Positions 10,612 to 19,200 of a DNA stretch of 64,000 bases are shown here, one piece after another (position 1 is the first letter of the stretch; each line of letters begins with the position of its first letter). A program made the position numbers and the translations under genes. The DNA lies in NCBI RefSeq assembly GCF_027532945.1, contig NZ_JAPZTZ010000030.1, forward strand, positions 9,199 through 73,198, given 5' to 3'. The notes under the pieces were generated by a model. The model saw only the letters and a program-made list of their open reading frames with translations, had not been told where the DNA came from and did no database searches. Source of the stretch: Phreatobacter sp. Its GTDB lineage: Bacteria; Pseudomonadota; Alphaproteobacteria; Rhizobiales; Phreatobacteraceae.

Positions 10612-11564
10612 TGCGGCTCGATGCCGGCGTCCTTGATCATCCGCGCCCAGGTGACCAGTTGCGCCCGCACGAAGGCGTCGAGCTCGGCCGGCGTCTGGGC
10701 GAAGGCGTCGAAGCCGATCTCGGCGAATTTCTTCACGAGCTCCGGATCGGTGGCGATGGCCGACAGTTCGCGGTTGAGGCGCTGCACCACCTCCGCCGGC
10801 AATTTCGCAGGACCGAAGACGCCGTTCCACGAGGTGATGTCGAATTCGGCCACGCCCGCCTCCTGCATCGACGGCAGGTCCGGCAGGAGTTTCGAGCGCT
10901 CCGCCGTGGTCACCGCCAGCGCCCGGAGCGCACCGGCATTCACCTGCGTCAGGGACGCGGTGATGTCGACGAACATCATGGAGATGCGCCCGCCGATGAT
11001 ATCGGTGATGGCCGGCGGGGTAGAGCGATAGGGCACGTGCAGCACGTCGATTCCCGCCCGTCGCGCGAAGGTCGCGCCCGCAACGATGCCGGTGGAATTG
11101 CCGCTGGCATAGGTCAGCTTGCCGGGATTGGCCCTGGCATGGGCCACGAGCTCTTTCACCGATGTCGCCGGTATCTTCGGGTCGATGACCAGCAGGAAGG
11201 GCAGGTTCCCCATTCGCGCCACCGGCGTGAAGTCGGCGACAGGATCATAGGGGATGGACTTCAACAGGCTCGGATTGGCCGAATGCGACGTGTTGGTCGT
11301 CATGAACAGCGTATGGCCGTCGGGTTCGGAGCGGGCCACGAAGGTCGCCGCCACCGATCCGTTGGCGCCGGCCCGGTTCTCCACCACCACGGACTGGCCG
11401 AGCCTTGTGCCCAGCTGCTGGGCGACGATGCGCGCCACGGTGTCGGTGCCGCTGCCCGCGGCGAAGGGAACGACCAGGGTCACCGGCCGCACCGGATAGG
11501 CACGAGCGGCTGAGGCCACGCCCATTGCGGCGGCCCCGGCGAGAAGCGCGCGTCGGTCGATCAT
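10608..11564 (-). CDS. Tripartite tricarboxylate transporter substrate-binding protein (Bug/TctC family)
   Basis: VPFAAGSGTD, VVENRAGANG, HVPYRS, LRALAVT motifs; RR-containing signal peptide. Confidence 0.93.
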   Translation of the reverse strand: MIDRRALLAGAAAMGVASAARAYPVRPVTLVVPFAAGSGTDTVARIVAQQLGTRLGQSVVVENRAGANGSVAATFVARSEPDGHTLFMTTNTSHSANPSLLKSIPYDPVADFTPVARMGNLPFLLVIDPKIPATSVKELVAHARANPGKLTYASGNSTGIVAGATFARRAGIDVLHVPYRSTPPAITDIIGGRISMMFVDITASLTQVNAGALRALAVTTAERSKLLPDLPSMQEAGVAEFDITSWNGVFGPAKLPAEVVQRLNRELSAIATDPELVKKFAEIGFDAFAQTPAELDAFVRAQLVTWARMIKDAGIEPQ

Positions 11565-11588
11565 GCTCGTCCTCCCTCGGCCAGCCGG

Positions 11589-11993
11589 TCAGCGGCGGCG
11601 AATGACCCGTTCGGGGTTCTCTTCGTAAGGCGGGGTGTAGATGACGAGGACGCGCACGGGCGTCTCGCTGGTCACCGTGAAGACATGCTCCATGCCGGCG
11701 GGAAAGAAGCAGGAATCGCCTGGCCGCATGGTGAAGCGCTGGCCATCGACCTCCGCCTCGGCCGTGCCGGCGAGCAGGTAGCAGATCTGGTCGATGCCGG
11801 GATGGGCATGGGGCAAGGCGCCATTGCCGCGCTCGATGGTGCCGATGAGCATCTCGACGCTCTCGGCCCCCACCGTCTCGCGGCTGATGAGCCGACGGTT
11901 CAGCGTGCCGGTGTGGTTGGCGGGGTGATAGCCCGGAACGTCCTCTTCGCGGACGTGGTAGCGGCGCGCGGCGCGCCCGGCCGAAGCCGTCAT
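11589..11993 (-). CDS. Cupin domain protein
   Basis: Motif 1 PHAHPGIDQICYLLAG and motif 2 PGDSCFFPAGMEH; first gene of the minus-strand operon. Confidence 0.85.
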   Translation of the reverse strand: MTASAGRAARRYHVREEDVPGYHPANHTGTLNRRLISRETVGAESVEMLIGTIERGNGALPHAHPGIDQICYLLAGTAEAEVDGQRFTMRPGDSCFFPAGMEHVFTVTSETPVRVLVIYTPPYEENPERVIRRR

Positions 11994-12055
11994 GTCATGC
12001 CTCCCGTCGCCGGTCTGTCGCCGGCTGATGCCCGTCGCAGCGGGTCGTTGGCCGC

Positions 12056-12084
12056 GAGTGTGAGGACGAGGGCCAAGGTGTCAA
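12056..12084 (-). promoter_or_regulatory. Putative sigma70 promoter of the cupin-Bug-ACAD-E1 operon
   Basis: Minus strand reads TTGACA-N16-CACACT about 60 nt upstream of the cupin ATG. Confidence 0.45.
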
Positions 12085-12190
12085 GCGAAGGGCGGGCATG
12101 ACTGGCCCCCGCCGAAAGGCCCGGCTGGCGCGGTTGCGGGAGGGGTGCAGGATGGCGACAGTGCCGGCCCCTCGATCCGACGGCCCGATC

Positions 12191-13018
12191 ATGACAGCGC
12201 CTCAACCTTCAGCGCCTATCGTCCTCGACAGCGTGACCCACCTGACGGCCGATGCGCGCGGCCGCATCGCCGTCTGCGCCTCGCATGGCGCCGTCTATGC
12301 CGCCTGGTACGGCGCGCGGAAAGGCGTCGGCGCCCTGATCCTCAACGATGCCGGCATTGGCCGCGAGCAGGCGGGGATCTCGGGCCTTGCCTTCCTCGAC
12401 GGCCTCGGCGTGCCCGGCGCGACGGTCGCCCACACCTCCGCCCGCATTGGCTGGGGCGCCGACATGCCGGCGCGCGGCGTGCTCTCCTTCGTCAATGCCG
12501 CCGCGGCGAGCCTCGGCCTGCGGCCCGGCATGGCCTGTGCCACCGCCCTCGACATCCTCGCCGCTGCGGACCTGACACCGGCCCCCGAGCCCGCACCCCT
12601 GGCCGAGGCCCGCCACGCGATCGCCGAGGCGGGCGCAGGAGGCGTGAAGGTCTTCGTCCTCGATTCCAACGGTCTTATCGGTCCGGAGGATGCTGGCCAC
12701 GTCGTCGTCACCGCCTCCCATGGCGGCCTTCTCGGTGGCCGCCCGGAGACGGCGGTGAAGGCGCAGGTCCTCGCCGGCCTCTATGTCGATGCCGACCGCG
12801 GCCTCGACGATGCCGGGATCTCGCGTCTGCCCGCCCTCCAGGACCGCGGCATTGCCGGCGCGACGGTCTCCGCCTTCTCCGCCCGCATCGGCGATGGGCT
12901 TTCGGTCTGGGAGGACGGCTTCATCTCCGCCCTCAATCCCGAAGCCGCGCGGCGCGGCGGCATGATCGGCCAGTCCACCCGCGATTTCGTCGCGGCGATG
13001 GTCGCCTCCGCGACCTGA
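12191..13018 (+). CDS. Hypothetical protein made of two tandem ~125-aa homologous domains
   Basis: Repeat 1 VLDS...ASHG...DAGIG...AGISGL...GATV...SARIG; repeat 2 VLDS...ASHG...DADRG...AGISRL...GATV...SARIG. Codon usage looks coding; start refined to 12191. Confidence 0.75.
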   Translation: MTAPQPSAPIVLDSVTHLTADARGRIAVCASHGAVYAAWYGARKGVGALILNDAGIGREQAGISGLAFLDGLGVPGATVAHTSARIGWGADMPARGVLSFVNAAAASLGLRPGMACATALDILAAADLTPAPEPAPLAEARHAIAEAGAGGVKVFVLDSNGLIGPEDAGHVVVTASHGGLLGGRPETAVKAQVLAGLYVDADRGLDDAGISRLPALQDRGIAGATVSAFSARIGDGLSVWEDGFISALNPEAARRGGMIGQSTRDFVAAMVASAT

Positions 13019-14110
13019 TCAGCCCTTCCGGGCGATGACCGCCACCGGCCCGCCGCCCGGCGGCCCCTGATGCTCGGCGCCGCCGGAGACATAGATGTCG
13101 GTGCGGCCGACCACCCCGGCCAGCGCCCCCGCGACGAAGGCGCGGGCATGACGGGTGGAGGAAATGTCGGAATCGTCGAGCATCGTGTGCCGCGCGCCGC
13201 GGACCTGACCGTCTGGCGAGGCTTCCGCCTTGGCAAGCAGCGCCACGAGACGGTCCCGCGCCGCCTGTCCGAGCTGGCCCGGCGCGCCAAGACCGAGCCG
13301 CGCCAGCGCCGCCCGCACCGGCTCCACGTCGATGGCGTCGCCCATGACGGCGTGGTCGATGGCGAGGGGACCCGACCAGCTCTTCGACATGCCGAGCACG
13401 ACGATCTCGTGGTTGAGGAGTTCGACCCCGGCCGAGGCGCTGGCGCGGCCTGACCAGAGCCCGAGGTCGCGGCCGATCTGGGCGTCGGTGAGATCACTTT
13501 CCGCGATCTCAGCCAGCGCCACGGCGACGCCGAGCGACGAGGCGCCGCGCGACAGGCCCATGGATTTGAGCGTGTCGCGGACGGCGACGCTGGCGCCGCG
13601 CGCTTCCGCCTCGCCAATGCGCTGGGCGGTCAGCAGCGGGCACTTGATCTGGACGAAATGGACATCGGCCGGGTCGGTGAGCCCCGCCTGTGCCATGGCA
13701 GCGCGCACGCCCGCCGCCACCTGCCGCACCTGTCCGAGCCGGCCGAGATCCTCCGCCGGGAGTGCGGCGGTGTGGACGCGGCCGATGGCCAGCGCCGGAC
13801 CCGGCTCGCCCTCGCCCTCGACGCGCTCGAAGACGGTCCAGTGGGGCGTCATGGCGCCTTCGGTGCCGCCGGACATGACATAGCAGACCGCTTTCGCGCG
13901 CTCCTCGCCGATATGGCGGGCCAGCGCCAGGGTCAGCGACTGGGTGGCGAAGCCGCGCGTGAAGTCGTTGACGCAGCCATTGCCCTCGGTTTTGCCGAAA
14001 ATGGCGAGGATGCCGGCCGGGTCGATGGTTCCCGCCGCGATGGCGGATTCGAGCCCCGCAGCGTCGTCGGGACCCTGGGCGATGATGCGGTGGACGCGGG
14101 CGATCGGCAT
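13019..14110 (-). CDS. atzD: Cyanuric acid amidohydrolase (AtzD/barbiturase ring-opening amidohydrolase family)
   Basis: Family motifs [76 protein letters not shown] and [16 protein letters not shown]. Confidence 0.9.
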   Translation of the reverse strand: MPIARVHRIIAQGPDDAAGLESAIAAGTIDPAGILAIFGKTEGNGCVNDFTRGFATQSLTLALARHIGEERAKAVCYVMSGGTEGAMTPHWTVFERVEGEGEPGPALAIGRVHTAALPAEDLGRLGQVRQVAAGVRAAMAQAGLTDPADVHFVQIKCPLLTAQRIGEAEARGASVAVRDTLKSMGLSRGASSLGVAVALAEIAESDLTDAQIGRDLGLWSGRASASAGVELLNHEIVVLGMSKSWSGPLAIDHAVMGDAIDVEPVRAALARLGLGAPGQLGQAARDRLVALLAKAEASPDGQVRGARHTMLDDSDISSTRHARAFVAGALAGVVGRTDIYVSGGAEHQGPPGGGPVAVIARKG

Positions 14111-14160
14111 GGCTTATCGGGCTCCGGAGGTCAGATGTCAGGCGGCCCTTAGGGTTTTGC

Positions 14161-14189
14161 TTGACAGGCGGGGGTCCTGTCACTATCCC
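14161..14189 (+). promoter_or_regulatory. Putative sigma70 promoter of rpmB
   Basis: TTGACA (14161-14166), 17-nt spacer, TATCCC; about 75 nt upstream of the rpmB ATG. Confidence 0.55.
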
Positions 14190-14264
14190 GTCGCGTCTCC
14201 GAACAGGACCAAGCTGTCCAGCGGCCGGCTCTCGCCGTCGCACTTTACCTTTGGGATCCGACCG

Positions 14265-14555
14265 ATGTCGCGTCGTTGTGAACTCACCGGCAAGGGTGTT
14301 CTGGTTGGCCATCGCGTCAGCCACTCGAACATCAAGACGAAGCACCGCTTCCTGCCGAACCTGCAGAACATCTCCTTCTCGTCCGAGGTCCTCGGTCAGA
14401 CTGTCTCGCTGCGCGTGTCGACCCACGCCCTGCGCTCGGTCGACCACAATGGCGGCCTCGATGCCTTCCTGCAGAAGGCCCGTGCCGAGGACCTGTCGCC
14501 CAAGGCGCGGCAGATCAAGTCGGCCATCGCCAAGAAGCGCGCCGAAGCCGCCTGA
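14265..14555 (+). CDS. rpmB: 50S ribosomal protein L28
   Basis: [34 protein letters not shown]...[11 protein letters not shown]; 96 aa. Confidence 0.97.
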   Translation: MSRRCELTGKGVLVGHRVSHSNIKTKHRFLPNLQNISFSSEVLGQTVSLRVSTHALRSVDHNGGLDAFLQKARAEDLSPKARQIKSAIAKKRAEAA

Positions 14556-14580
14556 TCGGCTGAGGTTTTAAGGTTTGGTG

Positions 14581-14612
14581 AACCGGCGTCGGGCGACCGA
14601 CGCCGGTTTCGC
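14581..14612 (+). terminator. Intrinsic terminator after rpmB
   Basis: 12-bp stem AACCGGCGTCGG / CCGACGCCGGTT with GCGA loop, followed by a T-rich tract. Confidence 0.8.
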
Positions 14613-14711
14613 CGTTTTCGCTGCGGCATTGTCGCACGGCGACACACCCCCCATATGCCGATAGTCTGGCAGCAGTGGCCATCACAAGGCCGCGCCACCC
14701 GTGGGGAAACC

Positions 14712-15701
14712 ATGTCGAACTCCTTCTTCCGGTCCCGGAAGCTCATTCGTGCCCTCGCCATTGCCGGCGTGGCCGTCATGCTCGGCGCCGCCTTCGCCGA
14801 GGCTGCGCCGCGTTCCGGCGGCAGCCGTGGCAGCCGCACCGATTCCGCGCCCGCGGCCACCAATACCGCGCCGAACACCATGCAGCGGACGCAGCCGGGC
14901 CCCGGCATGCAGCAGCCCGGCATGGCGCAGCGTCCCGGCGCAACGCCGCCCGCGCAGCAGGGCTCGCGCTGGGGTGGCCTCGGCATGGGCCTCGCCGCCG
15001 GCTTCCTCGGCGCCGGCCTCTTCGGCCTGCTCTCCGGCCAGGGCTTCATGGGCGGCCTCGGCTCGATGATGGGCATGCTCGGCCTCCTGTTCCAGGTCGC
15101 CCTGATCGCCGGCGTGATCTACCTCGTCGTCCGCCTCATCCGCGGCCGCCGCGAGACCCCGCAGCAGGGTGAGCCCGCCATGGCCCGCGCCGGCATGGGT
15201 GGCCCGATGGGCGGCCCGGCCAACGGCCCGATGGGCGCCCCCGGCCCGATCCCCGGCATGGCCGGCGGTTCGGTCGCCGCTCCCGCCGGACCGAGCGACA
15301 CGATCGGCGTGCAGCCGCAGGACTTCGACACGTTCGAGCGCCTGCTCGGCCACGTGAACGAGGCCTATTCGCGTGAGGACCTCAACGCGCTCCGCGCCAT
15401 GGCGACGCCGGAGATGGCCGGCTACTTCGCCGAGGACCTCGCCGAGAACGGTCGCCGCGGCCTCGTCAACCGCATCTCCAACGTCAAGCTGCTGCAGGGC
15501 GACCTGTCGGAAGGCTGGCGCGAGCAGGACGCGGATTATGCCACCGTCGCCATGCGCTTCTCGCGCACCGATGTCATGGTCGAGCGCGCCTCCGGCCGTG
15601 TCGTCGAGGGCAACCAGCAGGGCGGCGAGGCCGTCGAACTGTGGACCTTCCGTCGCCCGCATGGCGGCGTCTGGCAGCTCTCGGCCATCCAGCAGGCCTG
15701 A
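14712..15701 (+). CDS. Tim44-like domain protein
   Basis: Signal peptide, G/S-rich SGGSRGSRT, G/M-rich TM region, C-terminal Tim44-like domain (LLQGDLSEGWRE..DYATVAMRF...ELWTFRR...WQLSAIQQ). Confidence 0.85.
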   Translation: MSNSFFRSRKLIRALAIAGVAVMLGAAFAEAAPRSGGSRGSRTDSAPAATNTAPNTMQRTQPGPGMQQPGMAQRPGATPPAQQGSRWGGLGMGLAAGFLGAGLFGLLSGQGFMGGLGSMMGMLGLLFQVALIAGVIYLVVRLIRGRRETPQQGEPAMARAGMGGPMGGPANGPMGAPGPIPGMAGGSVAAPAGPSDTIGVQPQDFDTFERLLGHVNEAYSREDLNALRAMATPEMAGYFAEDLAENGRRGLVNRISNVKLLQGDLSEGWREQDADYATVAMRFSRTDVMVERASGRVVEGNQQGGEAVELWTFRRPHGGVWQLSAIQQA

Positions 15702-15724
15702 TCAGCGCCACTTCGAACTGCCAG

Positions 15725-15752
15725 AAAGCCCCGGTCCCGGCCGGGGCTTTTT
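15725..15752 (+). terminator. Intrinsic terminator after the Tim44-like gene
   Basis: AAAGCCCCGG-TCCCGG-CCGGGGCTTT-TT. Confidence 0.85.
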
Positions 15753-15788
15753 GCATGGCAGGGAGGCCCGCCAGGGGGCCTGTTGATA

Positions 15789-15825
15789 TTAACCCTTTGT
15801 CCATACCTGTTGACGAACCCTTAAC
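15789..15825 (+). promoter_or_regulatory. CtrA box (1 mismatch) plus a half-site upstream of the GNAT gene
   Basis: TTGA-CGAACCC-TTAAC at 15810-15825 versus consensus TTAA-N7-TTAAC; extra TTAACC at 15789. Confidence 0.6.
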
Positions 15826-15870
15826 GAAACCGTTGCGGCGCACACGGTCTCGTGGTTCCATTCTCACACG

Positions 15871-16380
15871 ATGAAGACGGTTACGACAGAAGTGCGCCTC
15901 GCGCGCCAGTCCGATGCACCCATCGTGGCGGAAGTCCACGACGAGGCCTGGCGCGCGGCCTACCGTGGCCTGATCCCCGGCGCCGAGCTCGAAAAGCTCA
16001 TCTCCCGCCGCGGTCCGGGCTGGTGGGATGCCGCCATTCGCAAGGGCAACCGCATCGCCCTTCTCGGCTTCGGCGACGAGATCGCCGGCTATGCCAATTA
16101 CGGCCGCAACCGCGCCAAGGCCCTCACCTACGAGGGCGAGATCTACGAGCTCTACCTGCGCCCGAAGTTCATCGGCCTTGGCCTCGGCCAGCGCCTCTTC
16201 GCCTCGGCCCGCAAGGACCTCGAGGCCCATGGCCTCGACAGCATGGTGGTCTGGGCGCTGAGCGACAATGATGCCGCCATGCGCTTCTATCGCGGCCTCG
16301 GCGGCAAGCCGGTGGCGCGCTCCTCCGAGACCTTCGGCGACCGCGCGCTCGACAAGACCGCCTTCGGCTGGGCCGCCTGA
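15871..16380 (+). CDS. GNAT family N-acetyltransferase
   Basis: EIYELYLRPKFIGLGLGQRL (acetyl-CoA-binding motif A), VWALSDNDAAMRFYRGLGG. Confidence 0.9.
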   Translation: MKTVTTEVRLARQSDAPIVAEVHDEAWRAAYRGLIPGAELEKLISRRGPGWWDAAIRKGNRIALLGFGDEIAGYANYGRNRAKALTYEGEIYELYLRPKFIGLGLGQRLFASARKDLEAHGLDSMVVWALSDNDAAMRFYRGLGGKPVARSSETFGDRALDKTAFGWAA

Positions 16381-16501
16381 CGCGCCAGCCGTCCCGACAC
16401 AGCAGGATCGCCTGAAGTCGAAGGCGGATTCCGCACTGCGGTACTTGCGGGCGGGGTGCTGTTGCGGCTAACGAGACGCACCCTATTCCGGAGACGTCCC
16501 C

Positions 16502-17041
16502 ATGCGTATCGATGCCATTTCGATCGGCAAGAACCCGCCCGACGAGGTCAATGTGATCGTCGAGGTGCCGGTCGGCGGCGAGCCCATCAAGTATGAGATG
16601 GACAAGGAGGCCGGCACCCTGGTGGTCGACCGCTTCCTCTACACGTCGATGCGCTATCCCGGGAACTACGGCTTCATCCCCCACACCCTCTCTGAGGACG
16701 GCGATCCCTGCGACGTGCTCATCGCCAACCAGCGCGGCATCATTCCCGGCGCGGTGGTGGCCTGCCGCCCGGTCGGCGTACTGAAGATGGAGGACGAGGC
16801 CGGCGGTGACGAGAAGATCGTCGCGGTCCCCGTGCCGAAGCTCACCCGTCGCTATGAGAACGTCCACGACATCAAGGATCTGCCGGAGATCACGCTGAAG
16901 CAGATCGAGCACTTCTTCTCCCACTACAAGGATCTCGAATCCAACAAGTGGGTGAAGGTGGTCGGCTGGGGCGACGCGGCCGAGGCGCGGCGCCTCATCA
17001 CCGAGGCGATCGAGCGCCACAAGGCCTCGAAGAAGGGCTGA
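16502..17041 (+). CDS. ppa: Inorganic pyrophosphatase (family I)
   Basis: [47 protein letters not shown]. Confidence 0.96.
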   Translation: MRIDAISIGKNPPDEVNVIVEVPVGGEPIKYEMDKEAGTLVVDRFLYTSMRYPGNYGFIPHTLSEDGDPCDVLIANQRGIIPGAVVACRPVGVLKMEDEAGGDEKIVAVPVPKLTRRYENVHDIKDLPEITLKQIEHFFSHYKDLESNKWVKVVGWGDAAEARRLITEAIERHKASKKG

Positions 17042-17066
17042 GCCCTCCATCAGCGATGGTGCATCC

Positions 17067-17091
17067 AGGGGCGGCTCCGGCCGCCCTTTTT
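17067..17091 (+). terminator. Intrinsic terminator after ppa
   Basis: GGGCGGC-TCCG-GCCGCCC followed by TTTTT. Confidence 0.75.
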
Positions 17092-17101
17092 GCATTGCGG
17101 C

Positions 17102-17485
17102 TCAGGCCGGCCGCTTCGGCCCGGCGGCGAGCGCCTCCATCACCTTGGCGCGGATATCGGCGAGGGTGAAGGGCTTGGTCACGACGTCATGGACCAGCGC
17201 TTCGAGGCCATGAGCGCGCTCGCGCTGGTCGGCATAACCTGTCATCAGCAGGATCACGAGGTCGGGGAATTGCGGCGCGGCGGCCAGCGCCAGCGCGATC
17301 CCGTCCATCAGCGGCATGCGGATATCGGTGAGCAGGAGGTCGAAGGCGCCCTTGCGCTCCTCGAGGATCTCCAGGGCCTCGGCGCCGTCCCGCGCCTCGG
17401 TCACGACATGGCCGTCGATCTCCAGCGCGCGGCGGACGAAGGCCCGCACCGGCTCGTCGTCCTCGGCGATCAGAACTGTCGCCAC
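17102..17485 (-). CDS. Single-domain response regulator (CpdR2-like)
   Basis: Receiver motifs EDD, LLTDIRMP (phospho-Asp), MTG and KPF; no output domain. Position next to hpt resembles rhizobial cpdR2 as I recall it. Confidence 0.85.
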   Translation of the reverse strand: MATVLIAEDDEPVRAFVRRALEIDGHVVTEARDGAEALEILEERKGAFDLLLTDIRMPLMDGIALALAAAPQFPDLVILLMTGYADQRERAHGLEALVHDVVTKPFTLADIRAKVMEALAAGPKRPA

Positions 17486-17487
17486 GA

Positions 17488-18018
17488 TCAGTCCCCGATC
17501 ACGCCGACGAAGGGCAGCTGCCGCCAGGCATGGGCGACATCCATGCCGTAGCCGACGACGAAGACGTCCGGGCAGGTGAAGCCAACATGGTCGGGCTCGA
17601 GGTGGATGGCGCGCTTGCCGGGTTTTTCGAGGAGCACGCAGGTCTTCACCGAGCGGGCGCCGCGGGCCATCAGCAGGTCCTTGGCATAGGTGAGCGTGCG
17701 GCCGCTCTCCAGGATGTCGTCGACCAGCAGCACGTCGCGGCCCTCAACCGGGCTCTCGATGTCGTGGACGACACGGACCTGGCCCGTCGACACCGTTCCT
17801 TCGAGATAGGAGGACAGCGACATGAACTCCACCTCGGGCGCCATGCCGGCCGCGTCCATGGCGCGAATGAGGTCCGCGGCGAAGACGAAGCTGCCCTTCA
17901 GCACGGCGACGACGAGCAGCCGCTCGGGCTTCGCGTCGGCGATCTCCTTCACCAGCGCCGTGTTGCGCTCGGCGATGGCCTCCGCCGAGAAGAGGACGCG
18001 GATGTTGTCACGGTTCAT
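17488..18018 (-). CDS. hpt: Hypoxanthine phosphoribosyltransferase
   Basis: VLKGSFVFAADL, PRPP motif VLLVDDILESGRTL, FVVGYGMD. Start refined to 18018. Confidence 0.95.
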   Translation of the reverse strand: MNRDNIRVLFSAEAIAERNTALVKEIADAKPERLLVVAVLKGSFVFAADLIRAMDAAGMAPEVEFMSLSSYLEGTVSTGQVRVVHDIESPVEGRDVLLVDDILESGRTLTYAKDLLMARGARSVKTCVLLEKPGKRAIHLEPDHVGFTCPDVFVVGYGMDVAHAWRQLPFVGVIGD

Positions 18019-18124
18019 CGGATGAGGGCTCCGGCAGGCTCCCGCGCGGCGGGATCGTTGGGGGTTAGATGTATCGCGGCGTGCAACCGCCGTCACCTGC
18101 CGGCGGCGGACCGCCGGATGCGGC

Positions 18125-19072
18125 TCATCGACCGCCCGCGTCCATCCGGGTGAAGAAGCGGACCTCGACGCTTGACCCGTCGGGCGGCGGCGAGGCGAGC
18201 CGCGAGCGGAAAGGCACCGCCTGTCCGGCCTCGAGCCGGGCTGCGGGCGGCGTCGCGGTCCAGGTGTAGATCTCCTTGCCGCCGGCGTCGCGCACGGCGA
18301 GCCGCAGGCGCGGCAGGTCGGCGCCGCGGCTGGTGATGTTGACGAGCTGGCCCTCGACGACGAGCACGACGACGCCGTCGACGATCTCGTTGGCGCCTTT
18401 CACGTCGCGGAACTCGACGCCGCGCAAGTTCACCGGCAGGCCGATCCGCTCATAGACGCTGGCCGAATCCGGCACGGTGCGCACCACCTGCTCGCGCCCC
18501 AGGAGGAACGTCGCGAGCAGGGCCGATCCCAGGAGAAGGATGACGACCGAGGGCGACATCCGGAAGGACCGGCCGCTCGGACGCGGCAGGGAGGGCTTTC
18601 GGAAGCGTCGCTTCGGGGGCTCGTCGGCCTTGGGCCGGGCGGGACGCGGCGACGGCCCGTCGTCTGCGGGAGGAAGCCGCGACGGCAGCGGCGGCACGTC
18701 GGCGGAGGGCTGGATGGAGGGCGCCTCGGCGGCCGGAACCGGCGCGTCGAAATCCATGTCGTCTGACTTGGCCTTGGCCTTGGCCTCATCGGCGGCGGCG
18801 GTGGGCTTTGCCTGCGCCTCCTCGGCGAAGGCCGCGCCCCAGTCGGCATCGTCATCGGCGGGCGGAGGCGGCGGAGCGGGTGGCGGCGCGGCACGGCCGG
18901 CCGAGGCGCTCGCGGCCCCGGTCGCCGCCATGGCGTCATCCTCAAGCGCGCTCTCGGGCGTCGCCAGCCAGACCGTCCGGCACTGGGCACAGCGGACCTG
19001 CCGCCCGGCATCGCCCAGGACGGTCCTCGTGACCCGGAAGGCCGTCGCGCAGGACGGGCAGACGATCAGCAT
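18125..19072 (-). CDS. zitP: MJ0042-type zinc-ribbon / TM / DUF3426 protein (ZitP-like polar factor)
   Basis: N-terminal CPSC...VRCAQC zinc ribbon, Pro/Ala/Asp-rich linker, one TM segment, C-terminal Ig-like DUF3426-type domain; divergent from ftsE. Confidence 0.7.
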   Translation of the reverse strand: MLIVCPSCATAFRVTRTVLGDAGRQVRCAQCRTVWLATPESALEDDAMAATGAASASAGRAAPPPAPPPPPADDDADWGAAFAEEAQAKPTAAADEAKAKAKSDDMDFDAPVPAAEAPSIQPSADVPPLPSRLPPADDGPSPRPARPKADEPPKRRFRKPSLPRPSGRSFRMSPSVVILLLGSALLATFLLGREQVVRTVPDSASVYERIGLPVNLRGVEFRDVKGANEIVDGVVVLVVEGQLVNITSRGADLPRLRLAVRDAGGKEIYTWTATPPAARLEAGQAVPFRSRLASPPPDGSSVEVRFFTRMDAGGR

Positions 19073-19127
19073 GGTGACGCAAAGCCTCGGGACCTATGTC
19101 CCTCGCCTCCACCATCGGCGAGCGTGG

Positions 19128-19142
19128 TTAATTGGCCGTTAA
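19128..19142. promoter_or_regulatory. Perfect CtrA box between divergent zitP-like and ftsE genes
   Basis: TTAA-TTGGCCG-TTAA; the minus strand reads TTAA-N7-TTAACC. Confidence 0.85.
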
Positions 19143-19200
19143 GCGCGCCTTCGTGGCATGATCCCGGCGGCGAATCGCCACCCCCCGGGAGAGCCACGGC

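Noticed and set aside
14850-15300. Gly/Met/Pro-rich low-complexity repeats in the Tim44-like gene; similar Pro/Ala-rich linkers in zitP-like, ftsK and lolA
   Set aside because: In-frame protein linkers, not DNA repeats or CRISPR arrays.
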